In this document: positions 40,358 through 54,077 of the stretch, piece by piece
Numbering within the stretch: the stretch's first letter is position 1
Layout: every line of letters starts with the position of its first letter
DNA from: Eledone cirrhosa
Taxonomy: Eukaryota
Direction: 5' to 3'
Assembly: GCA_964016885.1 (NCBI GenBank)
Contig: OZ024753.1
Span: 9,424,001-9,488,000, forward strand
Length of the DNA: 64,000 nucleotides
Notes under the pieces: generated by a model
What the model was told of the DNA's origin: nothing
Databases searched by the model: none
Seen by the model: only the letters and a program-made list of their open reading frames with translations
Translations under genes and position numbers: made by a program

Positions 40358-42096
40358 GCTGGCAGGTTCTAGAATAATACTCCCAATAATATGACTGTAT
40401 TGTATACTGATTGTATCGTATAAATTGTATTCTATTACTGTATTATTAATACTGATAGCAATACAAATTATTTTGTTTAACCGCGATTACCTTATTCCTT
40501 CATTTGACCTCCTATCAGTGATGTGAGCATATAAGATGAAGGGGAGATTTTACAAATATATTTTTGGGGAAAACAAAATGTGTCCAATAAGTTGGCAAAT
40601 ATAGTAGTTAATCCTTTAGTTAACATTACTCTATATTTATTGTTGTATTTTTGTGGTAAAGGCTTTATCTCACATAATTATGTCATATAATATCGAATCT
40701 ACAAGATGTTGATGTTATATATTTTGAGAACAATACCTTAACATAAGGATGAGTGGCCAATTATGGTCAGTTTGAACAGAAAGAGGTGAGAGAATTCTGG
40801 TCAGATATGGCCAGTTTAAATGCTATAAAGGGTTAAGTTATGCTGTGAAATAGAGAAAATATGAGCAAGGCGTTACCAACATCTCACAAAAAATAAAGAA
40901 AAATGGAAAAATAATTTGATATGCTACTAGAACCTTCCAAGGATGATGGCCTGATATCCTTTTCTTCTTTAAAAATGGCAGAGTGGAAGAAAAATAGAGT
41001 GTCTAAGCCTTCTCTATTACTGTTCTGTGTTGTACAGTATGGAAATAAAGAAGGCTTAGACACTATTTTTCTTTCACTCTGCTATTTTTAAAGAGGAAAA
41101 TAACATTTGAATATAAACTGTAATTCAAAGATATCAACACTGAATCTTTTTGGATCTATTGCACTTGTGAAGGGAACAAAGAGAAACTACAAAACTACCA
41201 CCACCATTACAGCAACACTACCATCACCAGCATTACACCGATACCACCACCAACACTAACACCACTGTCACAGCATTACATCAACACTACACCAACAATA
41301 TCACCACCACCAACACTAGCACCATCATTACACCAACACTTTCACCACCATCACAACACTATCACCACCACCACCATTACACCAGCACTACACCATTACA
41401 TCAGCATTACACCAACAATGTCACCACCACCACCAGCACCTCCATTGCTATGATAACACCAACACTACGACCACCACACCAAAACACCTCCAATGCTATG
41501 ATAAAACCACCTTACCAACACCTCCACTGCTATGATAAAAACAACCACCACCACCACCACCACCAGAACCAACATCACTATTCCAATTAGCAACAACAAC
41601 AACAACAATAACAACATGACAAAGAACTAGAGTTGTTAAAGAAATAGAACAGAAAAGCTATAATTTCTTCCAGAATCTAAAAGATTTATTTCACCAATGA
41701 CAAATCCCAACTGGAATAGAAAGAGAGAGAAATCTGAAAATCTGAATTAACAGAAAAAAAGACATTTTCATCTTCTACAATGATATCAGGGTTAATGAGA
41801 TAGGTTTCTCAAGAGTGGCAAGACGGGGTTACTACAGGTAACAAGAGGATACAGTAAGTTAAGGACACAAACACACACATATATATGTATATATAGGAAA
41901 ATGTTCAAGACCCCTACGGCAGAGTTCAAGCCGTTTCGACGGCTATTTCTGGACTCAGTCCAGAAATAGCCGTCGAAATGGCTTGAGTTCTGCCGTCGGT
42001 GTCTTGAACATTTTCCTATTACCCACTCTACTACCCTAAGTATTGAGTACCCTGGTGCATTATGGTCCACCTGGTTCCTTACCACACTTCCTTCAT

Positions 42097-42151
<55 letters not shown>

Positions 42152-42459
42152 AAATGTGTGAAATCCTTGGTACAGTTAGGTATATTTGAAAAAAGGAAAA
42201 GAATGACTTCACTTGTAGTTCTAAACAATTTGGATGATGATGATGATTTATAATATTATTATTGGGTAGATCTAGTAAGTTCTTTGTTAACTTCGGTGAG
42301 AAGATTTCTAAAGATTCCTGGAGAACTTTCTTGCATTTGTTGGTGACGATTGACAAACTGAGATCAGTTTGACAATCTTCCTACCAAAGTTAACAAAGAA
42401 CTTACTAGATCTACCAAATCATATTATAAAATTAAATCAAATTCTTTTCCTTTTTTCAA

Positions 42460-42493
<34 letters not shown>

Positions 42494-42871
42494 AAGTTTG
42501 TTTTGAAACAGTGAGTGTGTTTGAAAATAGAAATAGAAGCTTTCACCATATTTTTTACTAAAGAAATTTTAGTCTGATGGTGGGGTTTAGAGCCCTCTAA
42601 GGAATGAAAAAAGATGTGTCAATACTCATCTTTTTCCATTCCTTAGTGGATTCTAAACACCACCAACAGTCTAAAATTTCTTTAGTAAAAAATACGGTGA
42701 AAATTTCTCTTTATATATATATATATATATATGATAAACATTGAGGACCAAATTAATTAACTGTGGAGATATAAAAGATACATAAGCGAAAACCAACCAA
42801 ACAGTGAGTGTGTTCTGTTATTAATTCTGGCAATATTATTACAACAATGTAAACCCTCCCCAAGTATAACA

Positions 42872-42903
<32 letters not shown>

Positions 42904-43174
42904 GAAAATGTTTGACCCCGACGGCAGAGCTCAAGCCGTTTCGACGGCTATTTCTGGACGTCCAGAAATACCCGTCGAAACGGCTTGAGCTCTGCTGTCG
43001 GGGGTCAAACATTTTCCTATTACCCACTCTACTACCCTAAGTACTCTGGTGCGTTATGGTCCATCTGGTTCCTTGCCACTCTTCCTTCATTATATATAGA
43101 TATATATATATATATATACGCATATATATATATATATATATACAATGAAATTAAATAAATGGAAACTATATTTA

Positions 43175-43234
43175 TTTTATTATATATATTTCAAGCGTAC
43201 CAAGACAACATTGGTACACTTTCATCAGATAAAA
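43175..43234 (-). ncRNA. Minimal hammerhead ribozyme (family B); fold-back pair at 44638-44695 (-) and 44777-44834 (+, CCGAUGA variant)
   Basis: TTTTAT-CTGATGA-AAGTGTACCAA/TTGGTACGCTT (11-bp stem II)-GAAA-TATATA-TA-ATAAAA. Confidence 0.8.
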
Positions 43235-44369
43235 TACTAAGTTTGTTTTATAAATAGAGACATACCCATGAAAATCATACCTTATCGGTTGGAAATTCAC
43301 TGGATGGTGAATTAAATACCCTTATATATATATATATATATATAATATATATATTATATTATGCATACTCCAGTCCCACAAACTGTAGAGTGCTTCTTAT
43401 CCGATATCTGCATTGCTTTATTGTACTACAATAAAACTCACCTCCTACATATATATATATATATATATGTGTGTATATGTTGTTTCCTTGAGCAAGACAC
43501 TTTATTTCACATTGCTCCAGTTTACTCAGCTGTAGAAATGAGATGATAGGGACTGGGGTCCATATCATTCCACTGCAAAGTGGTCGTGGAGGTGCCACGG
43601 CAAAAAAGCACCCAGCACTCACTGTAAATGAGGTTGGTGTTAGGAAGGGCATCCAGCTGTAGAAATCAAGCCAAAATCAGTTCCCGTCCCACCCTTGCAA
43701 GCAGGGAAAAGCGGACGTAAAATGATGATGATGATGATATATATATATATGTGTGCGTGTGTGTGTGTGTAGGAAAAGATTCAGGCCCCGACAGCTGAGC
43801 TCTGGCCATTTCAACAGCCAGATCCGAGCTCTGAGTTCGGCCTGAGGTAAGACGTTGGGGACCTGATTTATTTTTTTCCTATTACCCACTCTACTACCGC
43901 AAGTATCAAGTACTTTGGTGCGTTGTAGGCCACCTGCTATCTTACCAGACCTTCTATCAGGAGTTACAGGACCATACATACAGTCTACTTGTGCATTAAG
44001 TGCTCAATTTTGTACCTCTACCAGTAATTCACTGAAGTCCATACACTACATCAACATGATGATGATGATGATATAGAGTATGTGATCCAGTCAATTACTG
44101 GTAGAGGTACAAAAATGAACACTTAATACACAGGTAGACAGTATATATTATGAAAAATGATGAAGTTTCGTTAACATATATTTAGTTTATTCCATGTGAG
44201 ATCTTGTGCCAATCCTCTGCAAAATCCACATCACAGGTCAATACACAATAAAAAAACTGAATACTTCATTGTTCTTCTTAATATATATACATACATATAC
44301 ATATATGTCCCAAGGCTCTGATACCAACAACACCATAAACACAGAGCTGGCATATCTAAGAACTGACTA

Positions 44370-44425
44370 ACTGCCTGATGCGGTCATAGCCATTCAATGG
44401 CTATCATCGAAATATATATAGCAGT
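44370..44425 (+). ncRNA. Minimal hammerhead ribozyme (family C, core variant CUGAUGC)
   Basis: ACTGC-CTGATGC-GGTCATAGCCA/TGGCTATCATC-GAAA-TATATA-TA-GCAGT. Confidence 0.65.
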
Positions 44426-44465
44426 AAGTAAAGGATTATGAGTTCATGCAATTGACTTATGTTTC

Positions 44466-44516
<51 letters not shown>

Positions 44517-45139
44517 CATAAGGGATATTCAATTTATTGCTAATTTATAACTGATTCAGAGCACTCAACAGTTTTTCTGGAGTATAATATACAATGATAT
44601 TAAATAAATGGAAACTATATTTATAAAACCATATTTATTCTATTATATATATTTCAAGGGTACCAAAAATGTTGGTACGCTATCATCAGATAAAATACGA
44701 AGTGTGTTTTATAAATTTTGACATAACCAAGGATAATATACCTTAACGGTTCAAAATTTATAAAACACACTTCGTATTTTATCCGATGATAGCGTACCAA
44801 AATTTTTGGTACCCTTGAAATATATGTAATAGAATAAATATGGTTTTATAAATATAGTTTCCATTTATTTAATATCATTGGATATATATATATATGTGAA
44901 GGCGCATGGCTTAGTGGTTAGAGCATTGGCCTTGCGATCGGAAGGTTGTGAGTTCAATTCTTGGACCAGGTGATGTGTTGTGTCCTTGAGCAAGACACTT
45001 TATTTCACGTTGCTCCAATTTACTCAGCTGTAGAAATGAGATGATAGGGACTAAGGTCCCTATCATTATATCACCCAAGACACCTCCAATGAGATATACC
45101 TTGGAGGAGTCCAGCTAAACCTGCATAGGTGTGAGCTGT

Positions 45140-45188
<49 letters not shown>

Positions 45189-45834
45189 TCATCATCATCA
45201 TCATTTTACGACCGCATATATATATATACACACACACAAGTATTGATTCCATTATTTATTGAAGAATGTAAAACATAGAGAGGTGAATATGAGACGGGTT
45301 TTCTTACCACTACACACACACACATATATACTCATGCTAGCTTGGAAGATGGGCATTAAATGATGATGATGATAATATCATGGTACACACACATATCTGT
45401 GAATGTGTGTTTTTGTGTTAGTGTGTATATAGACATGTGTGTGTGTGTGTGTATGATAATAAACAGCCATTAGCTAGAACCAGAATCTTTACAAACCAAG
45501 TAAGTTAGAGACAGCGACAGACCATTGGATGTTGTGCTATAAAACTATAATAATTGACAATATGACCAGTCATATAAGTAAGACAATATGGCCGAATATT
45601 AAACAAATGGAGCAAGCATTGCAATTCAAAAATGAAGATTTGTTGTAAAAAAAAACAAGAAAAGCTCCATTAAAACAATGAATGATGATAGTTTATTGAA
45701 GACGGAGGACAGAGACTAATAAAATCTAGCTTGTCTTTCGTCTTTCCAGATTATTTGTGAGGAGTTTCATAATAAACTGTTACTTTGATATTTCCACATC
45801 CTGGCAAATGAGACTTCTTCTAGTTTAGCCTTTC

Positions 45835-46200
45835 TTTGTTTGTTTGTTTATTTATTTATTTCCTTTCTTTTTCTTTTCTCTCTCTCCTCTTTCTTCCTTT
45901 CTCTCTCTTTCTTTCCTTCCTTCCTTTTTCCTTTCTTTCGCTTTTCTCCCTCTCTCTCTCTCCTTCCTTTCTTTTTTCTGTCCTTTGCTTTTTTTATTTC
46001 TCTCTTTTTTATTTCCTTCCTTCATTTTTCTTTTTTCTTTCTTTTGCTTCGCTCTCCTCTCTCTCTCTTTCCTTCCTTCATTTTTTTTTTCTTTCTTTCC
46101 TTTATTTTTCTTTTTTCTTTATTTAACTTCTTTATTTAACTCCATTACTTTCGTCTGTCTTTCTTTCTCCTTTTTCCCTTCTCCACACTCTCTCTCCCAT
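45835..46200. repeat. Polypyrimidine low-complexity tract
   Basis: (CT/TTC)-rich sequence. Confidence 0.9.
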
Positions 46201-46444
46201 TATCTGCATCTCCCTCCCTTTCATGTTGTACTTTCTACAACATATAACATTACATAGACAGGGTGATGTGTGTATTTGTTGCCAATACATCTGTGTAAGT
46301 GGAGAAATGTCTGCTGTGCTGTGTATACACATACATACAGAGTTTGTATATCAACAAACACACACATACATGCACCATACACAGATCACAGATACATTGT
46401 TTATACAATCATATATATATGTATATACATATATATCATCATTC

Positions 46445-46832
46445 ATCATCATCATTTCATTTTACGTCTGCTTTTGCCCTGCTTGCAAGGGTGGGACAGG
46501 AACTGATTCTGGGTAGATTTCTACAGCTGGATGCCCTTCCTAACACCAACCTCATTTACAGTGAGTGCTGGGTGCCTTTTTGCCGTGGCACCTCCATGAC
46601 CACTTTACAGTGTGGGCTGGGTGCTTTTTTGCCGTGGCACCTCCACGACCACTTTGCAGTGGAATAATAGGGACCCCAGTCCTATCATCTCATTTCTACA
46701 GCTGAGTAAACTGGAGCAATGTGAAATAAAGTGTCTTGCTCAAGGAAACAACACATCACCCGGTCTGAGAATTGAACTCACAACCTTTTGATTGCAAGGC
46801 CAATGCTCTAACCACTAAGCCATGTGCCTCCA
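46445..46832 (-). mobile_element. Full composite SINE: tRNA head + CORE-like segment + RTE-related body + RTE tail (GAT)n. Partial copies at 9200-9365, 12095-12225, 24890-25140, 43478-43740, 44896-45060, 52040-52360
   Basis: A box TGGCTTAGTGG, B box GAGTTCAATTC, CCTTGAGCAAGACACTT, GTTGGTGTTAGGAAGGGCATCCAGCTGTAGAAA, tail CTTGCAAGCAGGG..GACGTAAAATGA. Confidence 0.85.
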
Positions 46833-46951
46833 TGTATATATATATATCATCATCACCGTTTTACGTCCGTTCTTCCACGCTAGCATGGGTTAGACGGGTT
46901 GTCCTGTTGTGGGCAGTGTCCGGTCGGCTGACCTTGCCTTGCTCATACGGG

Positions 46952-46996
<45 letters not shown>

Positions 46997-47061
46997 TATA
47001 TATGTGTATATACATATATATACACACATATATATATATGCATATATATATATATACCCCC

Positions 47062-49547
47062 CTCTAACAATGTCACAGGATCGAGATCTGTGGTGCCATG
47101 CAGTTGTACAGAAGACCCGCCTTCCCTTACATAAAATCCTATGGACAGTAGGCACCTCTTAATCCAATATACACCCCACCGCACCCCATCCTCCCATTTC
47201 CGTCCACTGTGTCGATGACACAACAAAAAGCACCCAGTCCACACTGTAAAGTGGTCGTGTAGGAGACACAGTAAAAAGGTTCCCAGTCCACACTGTAAAG
47301 TGGTCATGTAGGAGACACAGTAAAAAGCTCCCAGTCCACACTGTAAAGTGGTCATGTAGGAGACACAGTAAAAAGCTCCCAGTCCACACTGTAAAGTGGT
47401 CATGTAGGAGACACAGTAAAAAGCTCCCAGTCCACACTGTAAAGTAGTCGTGTAGGAGACACAGTAAAAAGCACCCAGTCCACACTGTAAGGTGGTCGTG
47501 TAGGAGACACAGTAAAAAGCACCCAGTCCACACTGTAAGGTGGTCGTGTAGGAGACACAGTAAAAAGCACCCAGTCCACACTGTAAAGTAGTCATGTAGG
47601 AGACACAGTAAAAAGCTCCCATTCCACACTGTAAAGTAGTCGTGTAGGAGACACAGTAAAAAGCACCCAGTCCACACTGTAAGGTGGTCGTGTAGGAGAC
47701 ACAGTAAAAAGCACCCAGTCCACACTGTAAGGTGGTCATGTAGGAGACACAGTAAAAAGCTCCCAGTCCACACTGTAAAGTAGTCATGTAGGAGACACAG
47801 TAAAAAGCTCCCATTCCACACTGTAAAGTAGTCGTGTAGGAGACACAGTAAAAAGCACCCAGTCCACACTGTAAGGTGGTCGTGTAGGAGACACAGTAAA
47901 AAGCACCCAGTCCACACTGTAAGGTGGTCATGTAGGAGACACAGTAAAAAGCTCCCAGTCCACACTGTAAAGTAGTCATGTAGGAGACACAGTAAAAAGC
48001 TCCCATTCCACACTGTAAAGTAGTCGTGTAGGAGACACAGTAAAAAGCACCCAGTCCACACTGTAAGGTGGTCGTGTAGGAGACACAGTAAAAAGCACCC
48101 AGTCCACACTGTAAGGTGGTCGTGTAGGAGACACAGTAAAAAGCACCCAGTCCACACTGTAAGGTGGTCATGTAGGAGACACAGTAAAAAGCTCCCATTC
48201 CACACTGTAAAATAGTCGTATAGGAGACACAGTAAAAAGCACCCAGTCCACACTGTAAAGTAGTCGTGTAGGAGACACAGTAAAAAGCTCCCATTCCACA
48301 CTGTAAAGTAGTCGTATAGGAGACACAGTAAAAAGCACCCAGTCCACACTGTAAGGTGGTCGTGTAGGAGACACAGTAAAAAGCTCCCATTCCACACTGT
48401 AAAGTAGTCGTATAGGAGACACAGTAAAAAGCTCCCATTCCACACTGTAAAGTAGTCGTATAGGAGACACAGTAAAAAGCTCCCATTCCACACTGTAAAG
48501 TAGTCGTATAGGAGACACAGTAAAAAGCTCCCATTCCACACTGTAAAGTAGTCGTATAGGAGACACAGTAAAAAGCTCCCATTCCACACTGTAAAGTAGT
48601 CGTATAGGAGACACAGTAAAAAGCTCCCATTCCACACTGTAAAGTAGTCGTGTAGGAGACGCGGTAAAAAGGCTCCCAGTCCACACTGTAAAGTAGTCGT
48701 GTAGGAGACACAGTAAAAAGCTCCCATTCCACACTGTAAAGTAGTCGTGTAGGAGACACAGTAAAAAGCTCCCATTCCACACTGTAAAGTAGTCGTATAG
48801 GAGACACAGTAAAAAGCTCCCATTCCACACTGTAAAGTAGTCGTGTAGGAGACGCGGTAAAAAGGCTCCCAGTCCACACTGTAAAGTAGTCGTGTAGGAG
48901 AAACAGTAAAAAGCTCCCATTCCACACTGTAAAGTGGTCATGTAGGAGACGCGGTAAAAAGGCTCCCAGTCCACACTGTAAAGTGGTCATGTAGGAGACG
49001 CAGTAAAAAGGCTCCCAGTCCACACTGTAAAGTAGTCATGTAGGAGACACAGTAAAAAGCTCCCATTCCACACTGTAAAGTGGTCATGTAGGAGACGCGG
49101 TAAAAAGGCTCCCAGTCCACACTGTAAAGTAGTCATGTAGGAGACGCGGTAAAAAGGCTCCCAGTCCACACTGTAAAGTAGTCATGTAGGAGACACAGTA
49201 AAAAGGCTCCCAGTCCACACTGTAAAGTGGTCATGTAGGAGACGCAGTAAAAAGGCTCCCAGTCCACACTGTAAAGTAGTCATGTAGGAGACACAGTAAA
49301 AAGCTCCCATTCCACACTGTAAAGTGGTCTGTAGGAGACACAGTAAAAAGGCTCCCATTCCACACTGTAAATGTGGTGGGTGTTAGGAAGGGGATCCAGC
49401 CATAGAAAACCTGCCAGAGACATTTCCTTATGAGCGAGACACAGTCTCCCGACCAATCCTGCATCAAATGGAACAAAACCGTCTAACCCATGCTAGCGTG
49501 GAAGACGGATGTTAAACGATGATGATGATGATTATGATGATGATGAT
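47062..49547 (+). mobile_element. RTE 3' end whose UTR contains a ~2.1-kb 48/49-bp tandem array (about 44 units, 47225-49370)
   Basis: ORF end QDRDLW..VVQKTRL, then UTR, array, GGTGTTAGGAAGGGGATCCAGC and (GAT)n tail. Confidence 0.9.
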
Positions 49548-50401
49548 ATATATGTATAATACATATATATACAGAAACCTCATTTAGTTATTCCATGAGA
49601 GTATCTTGGTCATAGGCTGACTATGAAGGAGTGAGGCTAGAGCTATGAAGGAGTGAGGCTAGAGCTGTGAAATCTTGTATGCATTAATTTCAACTCTATT
49701 TATTAAATAACTGCATTGTTTCTTTCCAGGGACTATGTTGAAAAATAAACGCCATTTGATCATTCCATGAGAGTATCTTGGTCATAGGCTGACTATGAAA
49801 GAGTGATGCTAGCACTGTGAAATCTTGTATGCATTAATTTCAACTCTACTTATTAATAACTGCATTGTTTCTTTCCAGAGATTATGTTAAAAAATAAACC
49901 TCATTTGGTCATAGGCTGACTATGAAAGAGTGATGCTAGAGCTGTGAAATCTTGTATGCATTAATTTCAACTCTACTTATTAATAACTGCATTGTTTCTT
50001 TCCAGAGATTATGTTAAAAAATAAACCTCATTTGGTCATTCCATGAGAGTATCTTGGTCATATTATGACCTTTCCTGCCAATCTCGCACAACAAACAATT
50101 TCACAAAAATGAATTAACATATTACATAAAACACAATATGTGTAGCAGTGTAATAGAAATGTCTTTGTAAAGCATTAGCTTAAAATATCATGCAGAAGGT
50201 TTGAACTGAAGACCTCCAGGATTGCAAGTCAACTGTGTAACCACTTAGCTATGCCTGCATCCATTTATGTTCTTTTTCTAAATACACATACACTCAAAAA
50301 AATATACACATATAGAAACGCACACCATATATATATATATATATATATACACATACACACATATTGGTATATGCATATATACAAATACACACATATATAC
50401 A

Positions 50402-50434
<33 letters not shown>

Positions 50435-50669
50435 TTAAATACACGTACACACACTCACAAATATATACATGTGAGTGTGTGTATGTATGTATGCGTATAT
50501 ATATATATATATATATATAAATATATAAATATACATGTATATACATTTATACATATATATATACATATATATACACACACACACATATATATACACACAC
50601 ATATATATATATATACATACATATATATATATATATATTTCATACGTGTACACAAACACAAACACACAC

Positions 50670-50734
<65 letters not shown>

Positions 50735-51487
50735 CCACTCTCTCTCCTCACACACTTTGATTTAGTTGCAAGTCTGGAGACATCTGTTGTCATGTCTTGT
50801 CAATAAGCCATTGTAGAAAAGCAGAAAGAATGGACCGAGTTCCGTTGTAGCACACGGAACTACGTTTTATTACTTCCAGACATGCAATGCTGGGTTTGGT
50901 GTGACATTGGTTCTACAAGAAGCTGTGTCATCCGATACCTTGCAGAAGCATTATCTCCACAGCAAATACCAAGTCAGACTACACAAGCTATTATTTCACT
51001 TCACATGCTGTAGTGCTATCATTTCAAGAAGAAGAATTAATACAAAATTAACGAGATTCTTAGGTGGCATAATTAGGTAGAGACGATACTTGGTTCATTT
51101 TAGACAAAAATAGAAGGTTAAAAAAGATTGGTTATAGTTAGGCCCAGTGGTAAGAAACTTTTAAGCGAGCAGGACAGCAGAAGGTCTTCAGAGAAGTAAC
51201 CCCACTCAAGGAAGTGCTCCAGCCCTTAACTTCTAAACGGATCAGCTAATAATTCTTTCTAGTTTTGGCACAATGACAGCAATTACCCAGTACATTACTG
51301 GTACTTTATTTTATTGACCCCGTAAGGATGAAAGGCAAAGTTGACCTTGACGGGATTTGAACTCAGAATGGAAAGGGCTGTATATGCTCCAATTGTTTCT
51401 TCTCATTTGAGCTTCACACATGATGTTTGTTTACATTTTCAAAAATTGTTTGATTCAGCTTATTAATTTAGACAGTAAGATGTTGTC

Positions 51488-51558
51488 AGGGGTCCCTTAG
51501 CGCAATGGTGAGAGCACCTAGCTAGTATCTGGGAGATATGTAGTTTGATTCTTTGTAG
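51488..51558 (+). pseudogene. tRNA-like (Thr-AGT-like) pseudogene or SINE head
   Basis: A box TAGCGCAATGG, arm CCTAG-CTAGTAT-CTGGG, degenerate B box GTTTGATTC; no intact acceptor stem. Confidence 0.4.
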
Positions 51559-52364
51559 CAGCCACTGGCAACATTTTCCCACCCCTAAGGGTCTTTATCA
51601 GATTTTTATAAGTTATTTTAAATCTTCTTATAAATTGATTTCATCAGCATTTCCTAAGTTTAAAAATTCAAGCTTCACACATGTTGTTTATTTATATATC
51701 ATCATCACCATCATCATTTAATATCTGCTTTCAATGCAAGTATGGGTTGGATGGGTCTACATAGACCAAGTCAATATCAAAGTGGGACTTGAGTATGAAC
51801 ATGGTCCTTTGTCGTTTCTGTTGTGATGTTAATTTCTTTAACCCTTTAGCATTTAAACTGGCCATATCTAGCCAGAATTCTCTCACCTCTTCTCGTTCAA
51901 ACCAGAAATAACTGACTGCTCTTACTGATGTTAAGGTATTGTTCTCAAAATATATATCAAAATCTTATAGATTCAATATTATGTGAGATAATTAAGTGAG
52001 GCAAAGCCTTTACCATGAAAATATATTATCAAATATAAATCATCTCATTTCTACAGCTGAGTAAACTGGAGCAATGTGAAATAAAGTGTCTTGTGTTGTT
52101 TCTTTGAGCAAGACACTTTATTTCACATTGCTCCAGTTTACTCAGCTGTAGAAATAAGATGATAGGACTGGGGTCCCTATCATTCCACTGCAAAGTGATC
52201 GTGGAGGTGCCATGGCAAAAAAGCACCCATCACTCACTGTAAAATGAGGTTGGTGTTAGGAAGGGCATCCAGCTGTAGAAATCAAGCCAGAATCAGTTCC
52301 CATCCCACCCTTGCAAGCAGGGAAAAGCAGACGTAAAATGATGAAGATGATGATGATGATTCCA

Positions 52365-53195
52365 TCACTACCTGGGTCAGCCTCTTCAAGAGGTCCCAAC
52401 CACTGGGGCTTCTCTCCTTTTTTTTTTTCATGCAACTGCTATCTTCATACACATCACATATCCATCCCAACACAATTTTTTCTCTTTCACATTATACCCA
52501 ATTCTTTTTATGTCAAGTGTTCCCCTCAGTTTGCTTATGGTACCTCGCTGATGCACACTTTACACATCCATCGGCGATTACTCAATTCATTTTTTCTAGC
52601 TTCTGCAGGTGTTCTGCAGTCAAAGCCCATGTTTCACTGCCATGTAGCATTGCAGTTTGCACACATGCATCATACAGTCTACCTTTAAATGTAAGAGAAA
52701 AGGATTTTGTTCTCAGTAACCCTAACAGCTCTCTAAACCTCTTCCAGCCTGTTCTTTTCCTAAGTAGCACACTTTTGGTGCATCCTCCCTCACTGCTAAT
52801 TTGATCACCTAGTTAAAAGAAGCTATCAACTACTTATTTCTATTGTGCAGCCATACATTACACACACATACACACGCATATATATATATATAAATATGTA
52901 TATATAAGCATATATGTATCATCATCATCATCATTTTACGTCCGCTTTTCCCTGCTTGCAAGGGTGGAACGGGTCTTATTCAGCACAGCATCTCCCCACT
53001 CGTCACGGTCCCTCGTCATCTCCACCGTGAGCTTCAATGATCTGAGGTCTGTTCTCACCACCTCCGCCCATGTTTTTCGTGGTCTACCTCTACCACGTCT
53101 TCCTTCAACTGGCATTTCCTGGCACTTCTTCACCCATCGGTCATCCTCCATGCGCATCACATGTCCATACCACCTCAGTCTCCTCTCCCGTACAC
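52365..53195 (-). mobile_element. Two RTE 3' fragments (short-UTR family); related piece at 62200-62385 (+)
   Basis: RTGWKRFRELL...AMLHGSETW and GRRGRGRPRKTWAEVV...KTRSTLASREKRT* directly followed by (TGA)n. Confidence 0.88.
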
Positions 53196-53241
53196 TACAT
53201 TCTATACATATATATATATATATGTATAGAATGTAGTATAC

Positions 53242-53307
<66 letters not shown>

Positions 53308-53692
53308 ATATACATATACATAGCACAGAGGAGACTGAGGTTAGCTGGATATGCTCACCGACATCCAGAGTTGACACTGCACTCAGTGTTCCTGTGGGAG
53401 CCCCTGCATGGACACACTGGAAGAGGGAGACTGAGGTTAACATATGTTGATGCCCTAAGGACAGACACTGGTCTGTTGGAGACGCAGGACATGGCAGCGA
53501 TGATGAGGGACAGAGACCGCTAGAGAGAACCCGCCCTAGATATATATATGTATATATACACACACACATAAGACTGTGTTAATACATTTATAGAAATATA
53601 AAACTGTTTTCATATATAAACATCCCTGTGTATGAGTATGTATAAACTTATGTATATTTAAATATATATATATACATATTTAATATAGAAAA

Positions 53693-53743
53693 GGCTTCTA
53701 CATGACTAGAACTGTTTCATTCAGGAGAAATCATCAGGAAACC
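53693..53743 (-). ncRNA. Hammerhead motif (family E) in a fold-back element at 53676-53865
   Basis: GGTTTC-CTGATGA-TTTCTCCTGAAT-GAAA-CAGTTCTAGTCATG-TA-GAAGCC; the inverted copy starts at 53742. Confidence 0.65.
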
Positions 53744-54077
53744 TGATGATTTCTCCCAAATGAAACAGTTCTAGTCCTGTAAAAGCCTTTTCTATATTAA
53801 ATATTTATACTGTGCTATGTATTGAGTACCTTACTTACTGTGGTTACCCCCAATTGAAGCCGGGTTGGTGTTAGGTAGGGTATCCAGCCGTAGAAAACCT
53901 GCCAGAAAGTCCTATACGAGCGAGACATGGTCACCCAACCAATCTTGCCTCAAGTAGGACAATTCCCGTCTTTAAACCCATGCTAGCGTGGAAGAAAGAC
54001 GTTAAACAATGATGAAGATGATGATGATGATGATATATATATGTGTGTGCGTGTGTGTGTGTGTATATATATATTGA

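Noticed and set aside
42572-42625. Hammerhead at CTGATGG...GAAA
   Set aside because: Core mismatch and no supporting stem I or III.
44896-44975. tRNA gene
   Set aside because: A/B boxes continue into the CORE-like SINE body; no acceptor stem.
46954-49023. 689-aa and 588-aa ORFs
   Set aside because: Artefacts of a 48-bp (multiple of 3) tandem array inside an RTE 3' UTR; open in several frames.
47225-49370. CRISPR-like array
   Set aside because: Head-to-tail units with no unique spacers, no cas genes, eukaryotic context.
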